Shown: positions 36,608 to 51,807 of the stretch, in pieces
How the letters are laid out: the number at the start of each line of letters is the position of its first letter
Numbering within the stretch: position 1 is the stretch's first letter
Origin: Eledone cirrhosa
Lineage: Eukaryota
Assembly: GCA_964016885.1 (NCBI GenBank)
Contig: OZ024753.1
Coordinates: 43,524,001-43,588,000 of the forward strand
DNA length: 64,000 nucleotides
Direction: 5' to 3'
The notes under the pieces: model-generated
Database searches by the model: none
Told to the model about the DNA's origin: nothing
The model's input: the letters and a program-made list of their open reading frames with translations, nothing else
Position numbers and translations under genes: made by a program

Positions 36608-37204
36608 ATAAGATGATGCATGACATACCCACTAGTTGAGTGCTTCCAATCTATTGTAAAACTCATTCTTTGTTTTATTCATTGAACCTTGTTTAACCTT
36701 TAAATATATATATATATATTATATGTGTGTATGTGTGTGTCTGTGTATATATATATATTATGTGTGTGACTCTGTATATATATATATATATATATATAAA
36801 TTTTAGTACAGCATTAACAAAGCTTTATATATATATGTGTGTGTGTATGTTTTGATGGAATTTAATACAGGCTAAAGACCAACATTTTCATATATATTAT
36901 ATTTAATATTTTTTCTAAATAACACCCTATGGACATTAAAATATCAACCAGCTTGAAACTGTATATAATAAAGTGTAGAAATAGGCTTAGGCTTTGCACT
37001 CGAATCTCCAACAAAATATTGATTTCGTTTGATTAAACACAGGACCAGTTTTTTCTAGGAGAGGATGGAGGTTAGTAAATTGAATTGTTTCATATTTTAT
37101 TGAACTTAAACTGAACTTTTAGTGAATAGAAAGAGATAAAAGTAAGTTCCAGGGGGATGTGAATTCAAAACAGTAAAGTGCGGTACTAGATAATATAATG
37201 GTGA

Positions 37205-37790
37205 TGGTTATCATCACCACCATCATCATCACCATCACCATCACCACCACCATCACCACCATCACCACCATCATCATCATCACCATCATCACCATCATCA
37301 TCATCATCATCATCATCACCATCACCACCACCATCACCACCACCATCACCACCATCACCATCATCATCATCATCACCATCACCACCACAACCACCGTCAC
37401 CACCATCACCATCATCATCATCACCATCACCACCATCATCACAACCACCGTCACCACCACCATCACAACCACCGTCACCACCACCGTCACCACCACCATC
37501 ACCATCACCACCACCACCATCACCACCATCACCATCACCATCATCATCACCATCACCATCACCACCATCATCACAACCACCGTCACCACCATCACCATCA
37601 TCATCATCACCATCACCATCATCATCACAACCACCGTCACCACCACCATCACCATCACCACCATCACCATAATCACCACCATCACCATCATCACCACCAT
37701 CATCTCCATCACCATTGTCACCACCATCATTATCACCATCATCACTATCATCATCCCCATCACCATTTTTATCATCATCATCATCACCAT
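37205..37790. repeat. (CAT)n/(CAC)n compound trinucleotide repeat
   Basis: Directly visible. Confidence 0.95.
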
Positions 37791-37977
37791 CTATCACATA
37801 CCAACATGAGCGACAGCCTCCCCCCCCCCCCCATCTATTCTCACTACATAATGGTATATCCCCGACACCTCTTAAATTACCGGTATATCTGAAAAAAAAA
37901 CCTAGTCACATGACTGCCCCCCCCCCCCATTTATGGTTACGTTGTTTAATACACCTTTTGTCTTCAGTAAACAACTT

Positions 37978-39490
37978 CTGTCTCAGGACAGGCTTACTGG
38001 TGGTCACTCCTCTCAGGACAGGCTTACTGGTGGTCACTCCTCTCAGGACAGGCTTACTGGTGGTCACTCCTCTCGGGACAGGCTTATTGGTGGTCACTCC
38101 TCTCGGGACAGGCTTATTGGTGGTCACTCCTCTCAGGACAGGCTCATTGGTGGTCACTCCTCTCAGGACAGGCTCATTGGTGGTCACTCCTCTCAGGACA
38201 GGCTTACTGGTGGTCACTCCTCTCAGGACAGGCTTACTGGTGGTCACTCCTCTCAGGACAGGCTTACTGGTGGTCACTTCTCTCAGGACAGGCTTACTGG
38301 TGGTCACTTCTCTCAGGACAGGCTTACTGGTGGTCACTCCTCTCAGGACAGGCTTACTGGTGGTCACTCCTCTCGGGACAGGCTTATTGGTGGTCACTCC
38401 TCTCAGGACAGGCTTACTGGTGGTCACTTCTCTCAGGACAGGCTTACTGGTGGTCACTCCTCTCGGGACAGGCTTATTGGTGGTCACTCCTCTCAGGACA
38501 GGCTTACTGGTGGTCACTCCTCTCAGGACAGGCTTACTGGTGGTCACTTCTCTCAGGACAGGCTTACTGGTGGTCACTCCTCTCAGGACAGGCTTACTGG
38601 TGGTCACTTCTCTCAGGACGGGCTTACTGGTGGTCACTCCTCTCGGGACAGGCTTATTGGTGGTCACTCCTCTCAGGACAGGCTCACTGGTGGTCACTCC
38701 TCTCAGGACAGGCTCATTGGTGGTCACTTCTCTCAGGACAGGCTTATTGGTGGTCACTCCTCTCAGGACAGGCTCATTGGTGGTCACTTCTCTCAGGACA
38801 GGCTTACTGGTGGTCACTCCTCTCAGGACAGGCTCATTGGTGGTCACTTCTCTCAGGACAGGCTTATTGGTGGTCACTCCTCTCAGGACAGGCTCATTGG
38901 TGGTCACTCCTCTCAGGACAGGCTTATTGGTGGTCACTCCTCTCAGGACAGGCTCACTGGTGGTCACTTCTCTCAGGACAGGCTTACTGGTGGTCACTCC
39001 TCTCAGGACAGGCTCACTGGTGGTCACTTCTCTCAGGACAGGCTTACTGGTGGTCACTCCTCTCAGGACAGGCTTACTGGTGGTCACTCCTCTCAGGACA
39101 GGCTTATTGGTGGTCACTCCTCTCAGGACAGGCTCATTGGTGGTCACTCCTCTCAGGACAGGCTCATTGGTGGTCACTCCTCTCAGGACAGGGTTATTGG
39201 TGGTCACTTCTCTCAGGACAGGCTTATCGGTGGTCACTTCTCTCAGGACAGGCTCATTGGTGGTCACTTCTCTCAGGACAGGCTTATTGGTGGTCACTTC
39301 TCTCAGGACAGGCTTATTGGTGGTCACTCCTCTCAGGACAGGCTCATTGGTGGTCACTCCTCTCAGGACAGGCTTATTGGTGGTCACTTCTCTCAGGACA
39401 GGCTTATTGGTGGTCACTCCTCTCGGGACAGGCTTATTGGTGGTCACTCTTCTCGGGACAGGCTTATCGGTGGTCACTCCTCGCAGGTCA
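37978..39490. repeat. 30-bp GC-rich minisatellite TCTCAGGACAGGCTTACTGGTGGTCACTCC, about 50 copies
   Basis: Exact 30-bp period with point variants at about 4 positions. Confidence 0.97.
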
Positions 39491-39592
39491 CTCTTCTTAA
39501 CTGGACAGCTGGTTTCACTCTTTGTCCTAGGTGGGATTTGAACTGAGATTGCAAGAACCTGGAACAACTATCCAATACTCAAATAAATAACT

Positions 39593-40828
39593 GTTTCTAC
39601 TTTAGGCACAAGCCCAGCAATCACACAGTTCATTACTGGTACTTTATTTTATCGACCCTGTAAGGATGAAAGGCAAAGTCAACCTCGGCGGGATTTGAAC
39701 TCAGATCGTAAAGGGACGTAACTATGCTGGAAAGCATGGCGTCCGACCCTCTACCGATACTGCCAATCCACCACCCTAACATGGCACCGACCCTCTACCG
39801 ATACTGCCAATCCACCACCCTAACATGGCACCGACCCTCTACCGATACTGCCAATCCACCACCCTAACATGGCACCGACCCTCTACCGATACTGCCAATC
39901 CACCACCCTAACATGGCACCGACCCTCTACCGATACTGCCAATCCACCACCCTAACATGGCACCGACCCTCTACCGATACTGCCAATCCACCACCCTCAC
40001 ATGGCGTCCGACCCTCTACCGATACTGCCAATCCACCGCCCATGGCGTCCGACCCTCTACTGATACTGCCAATCCACCACCCTCACATGGCGTCCGACCC
40101 TCTACCGATACTGCCAATCCACCGCCCATGGTGTCCGACCCTCTACCGATACTGCCAATCCACCACCCTCACATGGCGTCCGACCCTCTACCGATACTGC
40201 CAATCCACCGCCCATGGTGTCCGACCCTCTACCGATACTGCCAATCCACCGCCCATGGCGTCCGACCCTCTACCGATACTGCCAATCCACCACCCTAGCA
40301 TGGCGTCCGACCCTCTACCGATACTGCCAATCCACCGCCCATGGTGTCCGACCCTCTACCGATACTGCCAATCCACCGCCCTAGCATGGCGTCCGACCCT
40401 CTACCGATACTGCCAATCCACCACCCTAACATGGCGTCCGACCCTCTACCGATACTGCCAATCCACCACCCTAACATGGCGTCCGACCCTCTACCGATAC
40501 TGCCAATCCACCACCCTAGCATGGCGTCCGACCCTCTACCGATACTGCCAATCCACCACCCTAGCATGGCGTCCGACCCTCTACCGATACTGCCAATCCA
40601 CCGCCCTAGCATGGCGTCCGACCCTCTACCGATACTGCCAATCCACCGCCCATGGTGTCCGACCCTCTACCGATACTGCCAATCCACCACCCTAACATGG
40701 CGTCCGACCCTGTACTGATACTGCCAATCCACCACCCTAGCATGGTGTCCGACCCTCTACCGATACTGCCAATACACCACCCTAACATAGCGTCCGACCC
40801 TCTACCGATACTGCCAATACACCGCCCT
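39593..40828 (-). mobile_element. family A SINE whose 5' head (40-44 bp) is tandemly repeated about 25 times
   Basis: SINE body 39593-39778, then array CATGGCGTCCGACCCTCTACCGATACTGCCAATCCACCACCCTAA to 40828; 19-bp TSD-like flanks AATACTCAAATAAATAACT / AATGCTCATATAAATAACT. Confidence 0.92.
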
Positions 40829-41175
40829 AATGCTCATATAAATAACTCTACCATATTTCTCACCTTCCGCCTTCATATATATGATAATGTAATTTATAAG
40901 TTTACTTTAAAGTAGTTTTTCATATGCTGTTAGTAAGGAGTACATTGGTATATTGCCGTCCTCTCAGCCTCCATTGCATATGAACATTGCCGGCATTGTG
41001 ATGAAAGCTTTTAAGAGCAGCTAAAAGCTTCCATCTTCTATACGTCATTTAGTAGCACCATAGACTATTATAATAACAATATATAAATTACTACTAATCT
41101 CAAGAATATAAAAAAATCTCTTCCTATTAAACCTGACTAGCAAACAATGCATGCATAAATAAACTGTCTATCTCA

Positions 41176-41177
<2 letters not shown>

Positions 41178-41274
<97 letters not shown>

Positions 41275-41302
41275 TAGCTCTCTATCTCTCTGTGTATTTA
41301 TA

Positions 41303-41367
<65 letters not shown>

Positions 41368-41426
41368 TTATGTATATATATATATATATATATGGATATA
41401 TGTGTTTGTGTCCCCCCCCCTCTCTC

Positions 41427-41469
<43 letters not shown>

Positions 41470-41495
41470 ATATATAAACACACACACACACACCT
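41178..41495. repeat. long (TA)n with (CT)n and (CA)n
   Basis: Directly visible. Confidence 0.95.
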
Positions 41496-41887
41496 CTATC
41501 TCTCTCTCATACAGGCACAGACAGCAATCATTTGTTAATGAGGAAATTACTCTGTTTTCTAGATGACAGTATTCTCCATTCACAAACTCGAGATGATTTT
41601 AATACAAGAATTGTTACTTTACAACAGAATAAAAAAAAACTAAAGAAAGAACATTAACTGCATTTAGCTTTATACTTGAAGTAGTAGTACAATAGAATAC
41701 TTGCAAAGGGTTTTGAAGTCAAGACGCCAGCTTACATTTGGAATCATTTATTCTAGAAAGATGAGTGCCCCTCTTAACAATCTTATTATATTCGAGTTCT
41801 TGTTTCAGGCAACTGTAGCAATCTAGATATTCAGTAATAGATGACTTTATCTTGTAAAAATTAGCTTTTAGCTGTTTAGCTCCAACA

Positions 41888-41888
<1 letters not shown>

Positions 41889-41944
<56 letters not shown>

Positions 41945-42265
41945 CGCATGCATGTGTGTGTATATATATATATATATGTGTGGATGTATATTTATATATG
42001 TGTATATATATATTTATGTATATATATATATATATATATATTATTTATGTATATATATGTGTATATATATTTAAGTATATATGGGTATATATTTATGTAT
42101 ATATATATGTGTACATATATTTATGTATATATATATATGTATTTAAATATATGTGTGTATATATTTATGTGTATATATATATGTATGTAAATATATTTAT
42201 GTATATATATATATGTATATATATGTGTGTATGTATATATATATATATATATTTATATATGTATA

Positions 42266-42298
<33 letters not shown>

Positions 42299-42343
42299 TT
42301 ATATAGGTGTGTGTGTGTATATATATATATTTATATATGTATG

Positions 42344-42390
<47 letters not shown>

Positions 42391-42419
42391 ATATGTGTGT
42401 GTATGTATATATATATATT

Positions 42420-42451
<32 letters not shown>

Positions 42452-42737
42452 CTATCAGGTTTATATTCCTAATACTAAAATATATAAAGAACTTCTCCAA
42501 ACTATTTCCAAAACTCAATTTAGAAATTGAATATATTACAGTCATTGAATCATGTGAAAAGAGTTGAGATTGCTAAATTGGTTCCACGCCATAAAATTTT
42601 GGATCAAATAAATGATGTCTGCAGCGTAAATTTTGTATATAGCTGATATATTGCAATTCATTGTGATTTTACTTAATTTAGAAGTAAAAGAAAAAGACAC
42701 CAAATGAAATAAAATAAACATAGTCATAACACCAGGT

Positions 42738-42776
<39 letters not shown>

Positions 42777-43075
42777 GTATATATTTGTATGTATATATAG
42801 ATATAAACACATACATATACACGTATATACTTGTATGTATATATAGATATAAACACATATATATACACGTATATACTTGTATGTATATATAGATATAAAC
42901 ACATATATATACACGTATATACTTGTATGTATATATAGATATAAACATATATATATATATACACACATATGTATATATAGATATAAACATATTCATATGT
43001 ATATATATATATACATACATATATACACACAAACATATATATATACATATATACACACACATACACACGTGTGTA
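41889..43075. repeat. TA/TG microsatellite fields (41889-42450 and 42740-43075, the latter with a higher-order unit of about 44 bp)
   Basis: Directly visible. Confidence 0.9.
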
Positions 43076-43561
43076 ATATTTGATTAGAACCTGTTATGAC
43101 ATTTGTAATTATTTCAAACATTTCTGGTAATAAAATATCATTTCCAATAAGTAATCTACCAAAGATCTTATGTTTTGTCTAGGTGTTACCAGTTTATTAT
43201 TATTATTATTATTAATATACAATCACATACAAAGACAGCTTCTCTAAATTGCATATTAGCCAATACAGAGAAAGACAGAGTTAAACACACAAAAAACAAA
43301 TTATTTATTCAAACAAACTGCTAATTTCATTACAAAGCAATGTTTGTTTAATATAAGGCTTTGCTTTCTAAATTGAAATTGCTAGAAATTTAAACAGGGG
43401 AATCAACCATATTAGGTTTTATATCTTCTCTACCACATGGAACCATATTAGCAAACCATTCTTGAAAAGTGCAAAACAGCTCTACGACTGAGGAAAATTG
43501 ATTTTTGAATGTTATAAGTCTCAGAATGTTTCAGACTTGCATATATACATGCATACATACA

Positions 43562-43619
<58 letters not shown>

Positions 43620-43639
43620 AGATCCTTGGTACAGTTAGG

Positions 43640-43850
43640 TATATTTAAAAAAAAAAAAAAAAAGAATGACTTCACTTATAGTATTAAAAAATTTTTCATT
43701 TAATTTTATTAAAAAAAATTTTTCATTTAATTTTATAATATAATATTATGAGTTGGTAGATCCAATTAGATGCACTGGATCTACCAACTCATTATAAACT
43801 TAAATCAAAAATTTTTTAACACAAGTGAAATCATTCTTTTCCTTTTTTTT

Positions 43851-43860
<10 letters not shown>
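43640..43860. repeat. imperfect long inverted repeat
   Basis: ATGAGTTGGTAGATCCA / TGGATCTACCAACTCAT core, extending to AAAGAATGACTTCACTT / AAGTGAAATCATTCTTT. Confidence 0.8.
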
Positions 43861-43887
<27 letters not shown>

Positions 43888-43920
43888 CTCCTGAATAAAA
43901 CAGTTCTAGTCCTGTAGAAG

Positions 43921-44080
43921 CATGGACACACTGGAATAGGAAGACCGAGGTTAACATATGTTGATGCCCTAAGAACAGACACTGGTCTGTTGGAGACGCA
44001 GGACATGGCAACAATAATGAGGGACAGAGACCGCTGGAGAGAACTCGTCCATGGATCTTGGGTATTTAACCGCCCTAGAC
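43921..44080 (+). mobile_element. RTE-clade LINE extreme 3' end
   Basis: HGHTGIGRPRLTYVDALRTDTGLLETQDMATIMRDRDRWRELV; same family as 46335-46680. Confidence 0.85.
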
Positions 44081-44092
44081 ATATATACATAT

Positions 44093-44132
<40 letters not shown>

Positions 44133-44204
44133 CATTCGACAAATTTCAGGTGCTAGCTCTGGATCAAGTATATTCTGTATTTGCTGTTTGTGTTTGTTGT
44201 AATT

Positions 44205-44445
44205 CCTTTTTCTCTTTCTTCCTATCTCTCTCTCCCTATCTCTTTCACTCTCTCTCTCTTTCTTTCTCTCTCTCTCTTTCTTTCTCTCTCTCTCTCTTTC
44301 TTTCTCTCTCTCCCTCCTCTCTCACTCTCTCTCTCTCCCTCCTCCCTCACTCTCTCTCTCTTCCTCCTCTCACTCTCTCTCTTCCTCCTTCTCTCTCTCT
44401 TCCTCTCTCTCTCTCTCTCTTTCCTGTCCCTTTTTCCTCTCATAA
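44205..44445. repeat. (CT)n-rich polypyrimidine tract
   Basis: Directly visible. Confidence 0.9.
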
Positions 44446-44599
44446 CCCTTTACCTTTACCTTTTAATCATTTTTAATTTGCTTCGAAGTGAGTAAATGAA
44501 AATGAAATTCCCTCTGGGATGTGTAGATGTCACTCTATAGCTGGTAACTTTCTCAAGGAAATATTTTAACATAGAATTTATTAAAATAACTTTCTCATT

Positions 44600-44830
44600 A
44601 TGTAGCGGTGTCTCAATTGTTATAGAAATGGGTTCAATTCCTAGTCCAGGTGATGTGTTATGATCCTGAGTAAGGCACTTTAATTCATGTTGTTCTTTCT
44701 GCCAGGAGTTGTAGCTGGTAGATAGTATAAGCAATGTCAAGACCAATGGAAACGTTGTTTCCTTGGTCCGATTTGACCAGTTCCATCTGACTCAGTAAGC
44801 AATGGAGATCTGGGATCTCATCCAATCGAA
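44600..44830 (+). mobile_element. family B SINE
   Basis: GGTTCAATTCC B-box; GACCAATGGAAACGTTGTTTCCTTGGTCCGATTTGAC body. Confidence 0.7.
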
Positions 44831-45281
44831 ACATAACAAAAGGTTCTTACATGGAATTATGATGGAATGTTTTTAGATAAATATAAAGAATTTAAATCAA
44901 AGAATTTTGTATCATATAACCATAGGTGGCTTCAGGTGGTTCGGTATCAAAAGAGTTAATAAACTGAAATAATAACCAAGTCAATATAGCCACAACAACA
45001 ACAACAACAACTACAACAAAAAGTGCCAAAAGAAGGGGGTTGGGCTAGGGATGAGGAAAGAAAATAAATATAGAATTTAATAAAGAAATTGGTCTTGAGT
45101 CAACAACTCAATAGTTTTATAAGTAAATTTTCATTTTCATTTCGGAATCTCTTAGATTAGTTGCTATTAGACCAAGCAGAAAATATCTTGTAGTTAGTGA
45201 ATATGTAAATTTTATTGACAAAGAGACGATAAAAATTTGCATAATCACAAACAATGGCGATACCTTATTGTTATGTCTCAC

Positions 45282-47387
<2,106 letters not shown>

Positions 47388-47703
47388 ATATATTGTCTTA
47401 TATATATGATGATGATGATTAGTTCCTCTAATTGAGTTATATAATCACTGAGAGTTCACCATGACTGACTACATATGAATTAACCATAAAAGAATGGAAT
47501 TTTAATATACTCCATAAAGAAAGTATGAAGAAATTGGTCTCAGACTTCTTCATTGCACATCCCTGTATTTCAACAACTGTTTACTACATCATCCACTGTT
47601 ATTTTAAGTATGGAATAATTAACCCAACTTACTTCATAGTAAATCTAGATATTTCTCTGACTTTTCACCTTGTCAGCTGCTGTTGAATTATTTGATATAC
47701 ATA

Positions 47704-48010
47704 CTTTCGGAAACATTTTTTCATGCTCAGAGTTGCTGAAGCATGGAACAAACTACCTGCATCAGTTGTTAGCTGTCGAGACACTGCATCCTTTAAAACC
47801 TCCATGAAACAAACTACCTGCATCAGTTGTTAGCTGTCGAGACACTGCATCCTTTAAGGCCTCCATGCTTCCCGAGATCCGCCAACACTACAGCTAACAC
47901 ATACACACATGTACTTCCCTGACATTTGTGTATTATTCTATGTACTATACATACACCTTTGACGAGTTGTAGTGCACCTGAGCACTTTACACAATAATTT
48001 CATTATTTTA
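47704..48010 (+). mobile_element. CR1 3' fragment with the 61-bp unit duplicated
   Basis: Near-identical to 21512-21875 but with 2 units instead of 3. Confidence 0.9.
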
Positions 48011-48709
48011 TTTTATTTTTATTTTTTTATATATATATGTGTGTGTCAGTGTGTGTGTTTCACTATATATGTAATATGAATCAACTATATATGTGTATTT
48101 GGATGTACTTGAGCATGTATCTGTAGCTGTGTATATACATATGTGCATATATATGTATGCATGTATATATATTGTATGCAAAAAATATTTACAAGTGTAT
48201 ATTATTCATTATTCATAACCATTTACTTATCTATATATGTGTGTGTGTGTGTATATATATATACATATATATATATCATCATCGTTTAACGTCCATCCTC
48301 CACACTAGCATGGGTTAGACATATATATATATTTATATATACACACACACACACAGACAGATATAAATAGGTCCTGAGTGATATCGGGGTAAATAAAGTA
48401 CTCAATACAAGAGTAGAGAGAAAACATTTCATATTAAATATCTCTATATATAATATAATCTCTCACAAGAGCTAGAGGTGTCATTATTATGTCTTTATAT
48501 GTGTATAAACCTTGTAAGATAACAACATAGTATGATAACAATAAGAAAACAATAACAAAAGGAAATATAAAAGAAGAGATGGAGGAGCAACAAGAAATAA
48601 AAACATTTGACAATGGAAGGGTTAAGTATTATTTTGACTACTTCTGTGAAAATGTTCTCACAAATCATATCTAGGAGATATAAAACTTTCAGACTAAAGT
48701 AGTAAATTG

Positions 48710-48860
48710 ATATATATATATGTGTATACACACACACACACATATATATATGTATACACGTATATATATATGTATATGTATATATTTATGTATATGTAGG
48801 TATATTTATGTATACATATGTGTATATATGTATATGTGTATATTTATATATATATATATG

Positions 48861-48902
<42 letters not shown>

Positions 48903-49016
48903 TATACGCGCATCTGTATATATTTATATGTATATATTTATTTATATATATGTAGGTATATTTATATATACACATATATGTGTATGTGTATATTTATATC
49001 TGTACACACATAGATA

Positions 49017-49059
<43 letters not shown>

Positions 49060-49330
49060 ATAATAATATACGCACATCTGTAAAAATTTATATGTATATA
49101 TTTATTTATATATATGTAGGTATATTTATATATACACATATGTGTATGTGTATATTTATATCTGTACACATATATATATATGTGTATATTTATATATATA
49201 AGTAAATATACGCATATATATATCTTTTATATATATATATGCATATACACATATATATTTGCATACATACATTTCTATATGGATATTTCTATATAAGTGC
49301 ATCTATCTATATATTTATGTATATATGACA
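48710..49330. repeat. TA-rich microsatellite field containing a duplication of about 165 bp
   Basis: ATACGCRCATCTGTA..GTAGGTATATTTATATATACACATAT occurs at about 48904 and 49068. Confidence 0.8.
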
Positions 49331-50235
49331 GATAACCATAAAAATGCTAGTTCCCCCCCATTTCGGTAAATGTGCTGCTACCTCAGAAAGATGTTCATGA
49401 AAAATCTCTGGTTAATAACTATATTTTATTTTGTTGCAGTTTATTACTATTAATTTTATATATATATATATATATACACATACATACATACATACATACA
49501 TACATATCTACCTAGTTGATGTGTAAATTCCAATGAGAGAGTCTTGTGTCTATGTTAGAAACAGACTCTCTCTCTATTGGTAAAACTTTATGAAATTATA
49601 AAACCAGAACATACATACATACATACCTACATATATACATACATACATACATACATGGTGGCTGCCAACTCGTTTTCGAGTACGGCCACTACTTTATATC
49701 CATGTAGGAGAACCCCTAACGATGCGCTGAACGAGTGTGACTTTTTAGTCCAGCCAGCGACTTGAAAACTCTGGCACAAACACCCCACTTGTGACCATTA
49801 TTGACATATAGTGCTGGGCCCATGGTACCATGTGACGACAAGTGCAGAGATATCTCCAGATATAAAGCAATGCCTGTGCCGTGAAGCTTTTATAGTGAGC
49901 AAAGGCACTGCACAAAGCCAGTCCCACTCTCTTAACCAAGATGATATTTACCAAAAAGAAGAACAAGTCAACATCATTGGATACCATCAGGGTTGCAGGT
50001 GTTATATCATACATACATACATACATACATACATACATACATACATACATACATACATACATACATACATACATACATACATACATACATACATACAATA
50101 AAGAGGAATTAAAAGATGGTTTTAATTCCTCTTTATTATATGTACTCCAGTTTTACCAACTGTTGAGTGCTACTTATCTGATATATGCATAGTTTTATTG
50201 TTCTACAATATTACTCACCTTCTACACACACACAT

Positions 50236-50271
<36 letters not shown>

Positions 50272-50397
50272 GCATACACACATATATATATATATATATA
50301 ATTGTGATATCTTTTTTATATCTATGTACACGTGCATATATGTTTATGTGCATGTAAGTATGTGTGTCTATTTTATGTATATATCTATCTATCTTTA

Positions 50398-50438
<41 letters not shown>

Positions 50439-50588
50439 TTAGGAAGCATATATATATATATATATATATATGCTTAGGAAGCCATGCAATGTGTATATAT
50501 AAACATATATATATAATTGTGATATCTTTTTTGTATCTATGTAGGGGTGTATATGTGTTTATGTGCATGTACATATATGTATGTATTT

Positions 50589-50631
<43 letters not shown>

Positions 50632-50784
50632 AATAAAATAAATATATATATAATAAATAAAATAAATATATATATTTTAAAAAAAATAAGACCCCAGTTG
50701 CATTTTCGATTTCATCTTTTTTTCTTTATACTTTCACTCGTGTAGGGCACCTCGGTTATTATTCATTTTGTAAAAAAGCCTCAC

Positions 50785-50830
<46 letters not shown>

Positions 50831-51228
50831 ATAATAATAATATATATATATATATAACTATGATATTGGATGAGGTTTCATGCAAATGAAATCAACAGTA
50901 CTGATGTATAATATTTATACTTATGTACAATTGATTGATTCTGAAAATATTTATTTGATTTTTCCAAATATAAAAATATACTATTTGTAAAAATTTGATT
51001 GATATGAAAACATTCATGGCTGCTGATGTTTCTAGTGTAACAAAATGTTATTCTACCTGCAGAAATATGTTATACAATGTTTATATGATATTATTGAGAT
51101 CCTTTTAGTAAAGAGGAATGGCTGATATTTTTCTACAGTCATTAGCTTTATATCCATTCTTCCATGCTGTGTCATATTGTTGGTGTGTGAAGATATAGCT
51201 GTACTCTAAAACAAAAAATAATTGTTGT

Positions 51229-51296
51229 TGGAAATTTAGTCATTTTTCTTGGAAATTTAGTCATTTTTCTTGGAAATTTAGTCATTTTTCTTGGAA
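51229..51296. repeat. 21-bp tandem repeat TTGGAAATTTAGTCATTTTTC x3
   Basis: Directly visible. Confidence 0.9.
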
Positions 51297-51807
51297 AATT
51301 ATGAACGTCTGCATTCCCCCACTCTCCCAAAAATGATAGGAGTAATATGCTAAAACTTCCATGCTTGCACAAGTTGGACAAAAGCCAGAGCTTGTCCCTT
51401 TTTTCATGAGGTAATAAGAGTAACAGAAAACAACAAAAATTTACCTCCAGGATGGCCGGCTAGTCCATCACAGGGTTAACTTTAGGTGTGAGTCTGGCAA
51501 GGTGGAATGACTCTGCCATCCTCTGGGGAAACACCTTCTCTATTCTGACCCCCACGACTGCAGGTCAGCTGGTGTGTGGGCTCCTATTTGCATATAATAG
51601 TGTGAGATGAGGAGAGTGAGAGAGGTAGTGAGTGAAAGTGAGAGAACATCATGGCACACATAGTTCTAAATATTTCTAACTCAGTTGTTGCATACAAGTC
51701 CATAGTTTCCAAAAGCCTGTAGGTGTACAACACCTTTTCATGTCATAAGAAGGTAACAACAACTGGTGTCAAAGAAAAACACCTCATTGTAAAACATTGC
51801 TTATTAA

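Noticed and set aside
37119-37809. Met/Val-, Asp/Gly- and His-rich ORFs
   Set aside because: Simple (CAT/CAC)n repeat; no recognisable reflectin or other domain motif
37802-37888. 87-nt candidate symmetric exon on the minus strand (AG...GTATGT)
   Set aside because: Contains a 13-G homopolymer and gives no recognisable peptide; splice signals alone are insufficient
37978-40830. CRISPR-like appearance of regular 30-44 bp repeats
   Set aside because: No unique spacers, no cas genes, eukaryotic context
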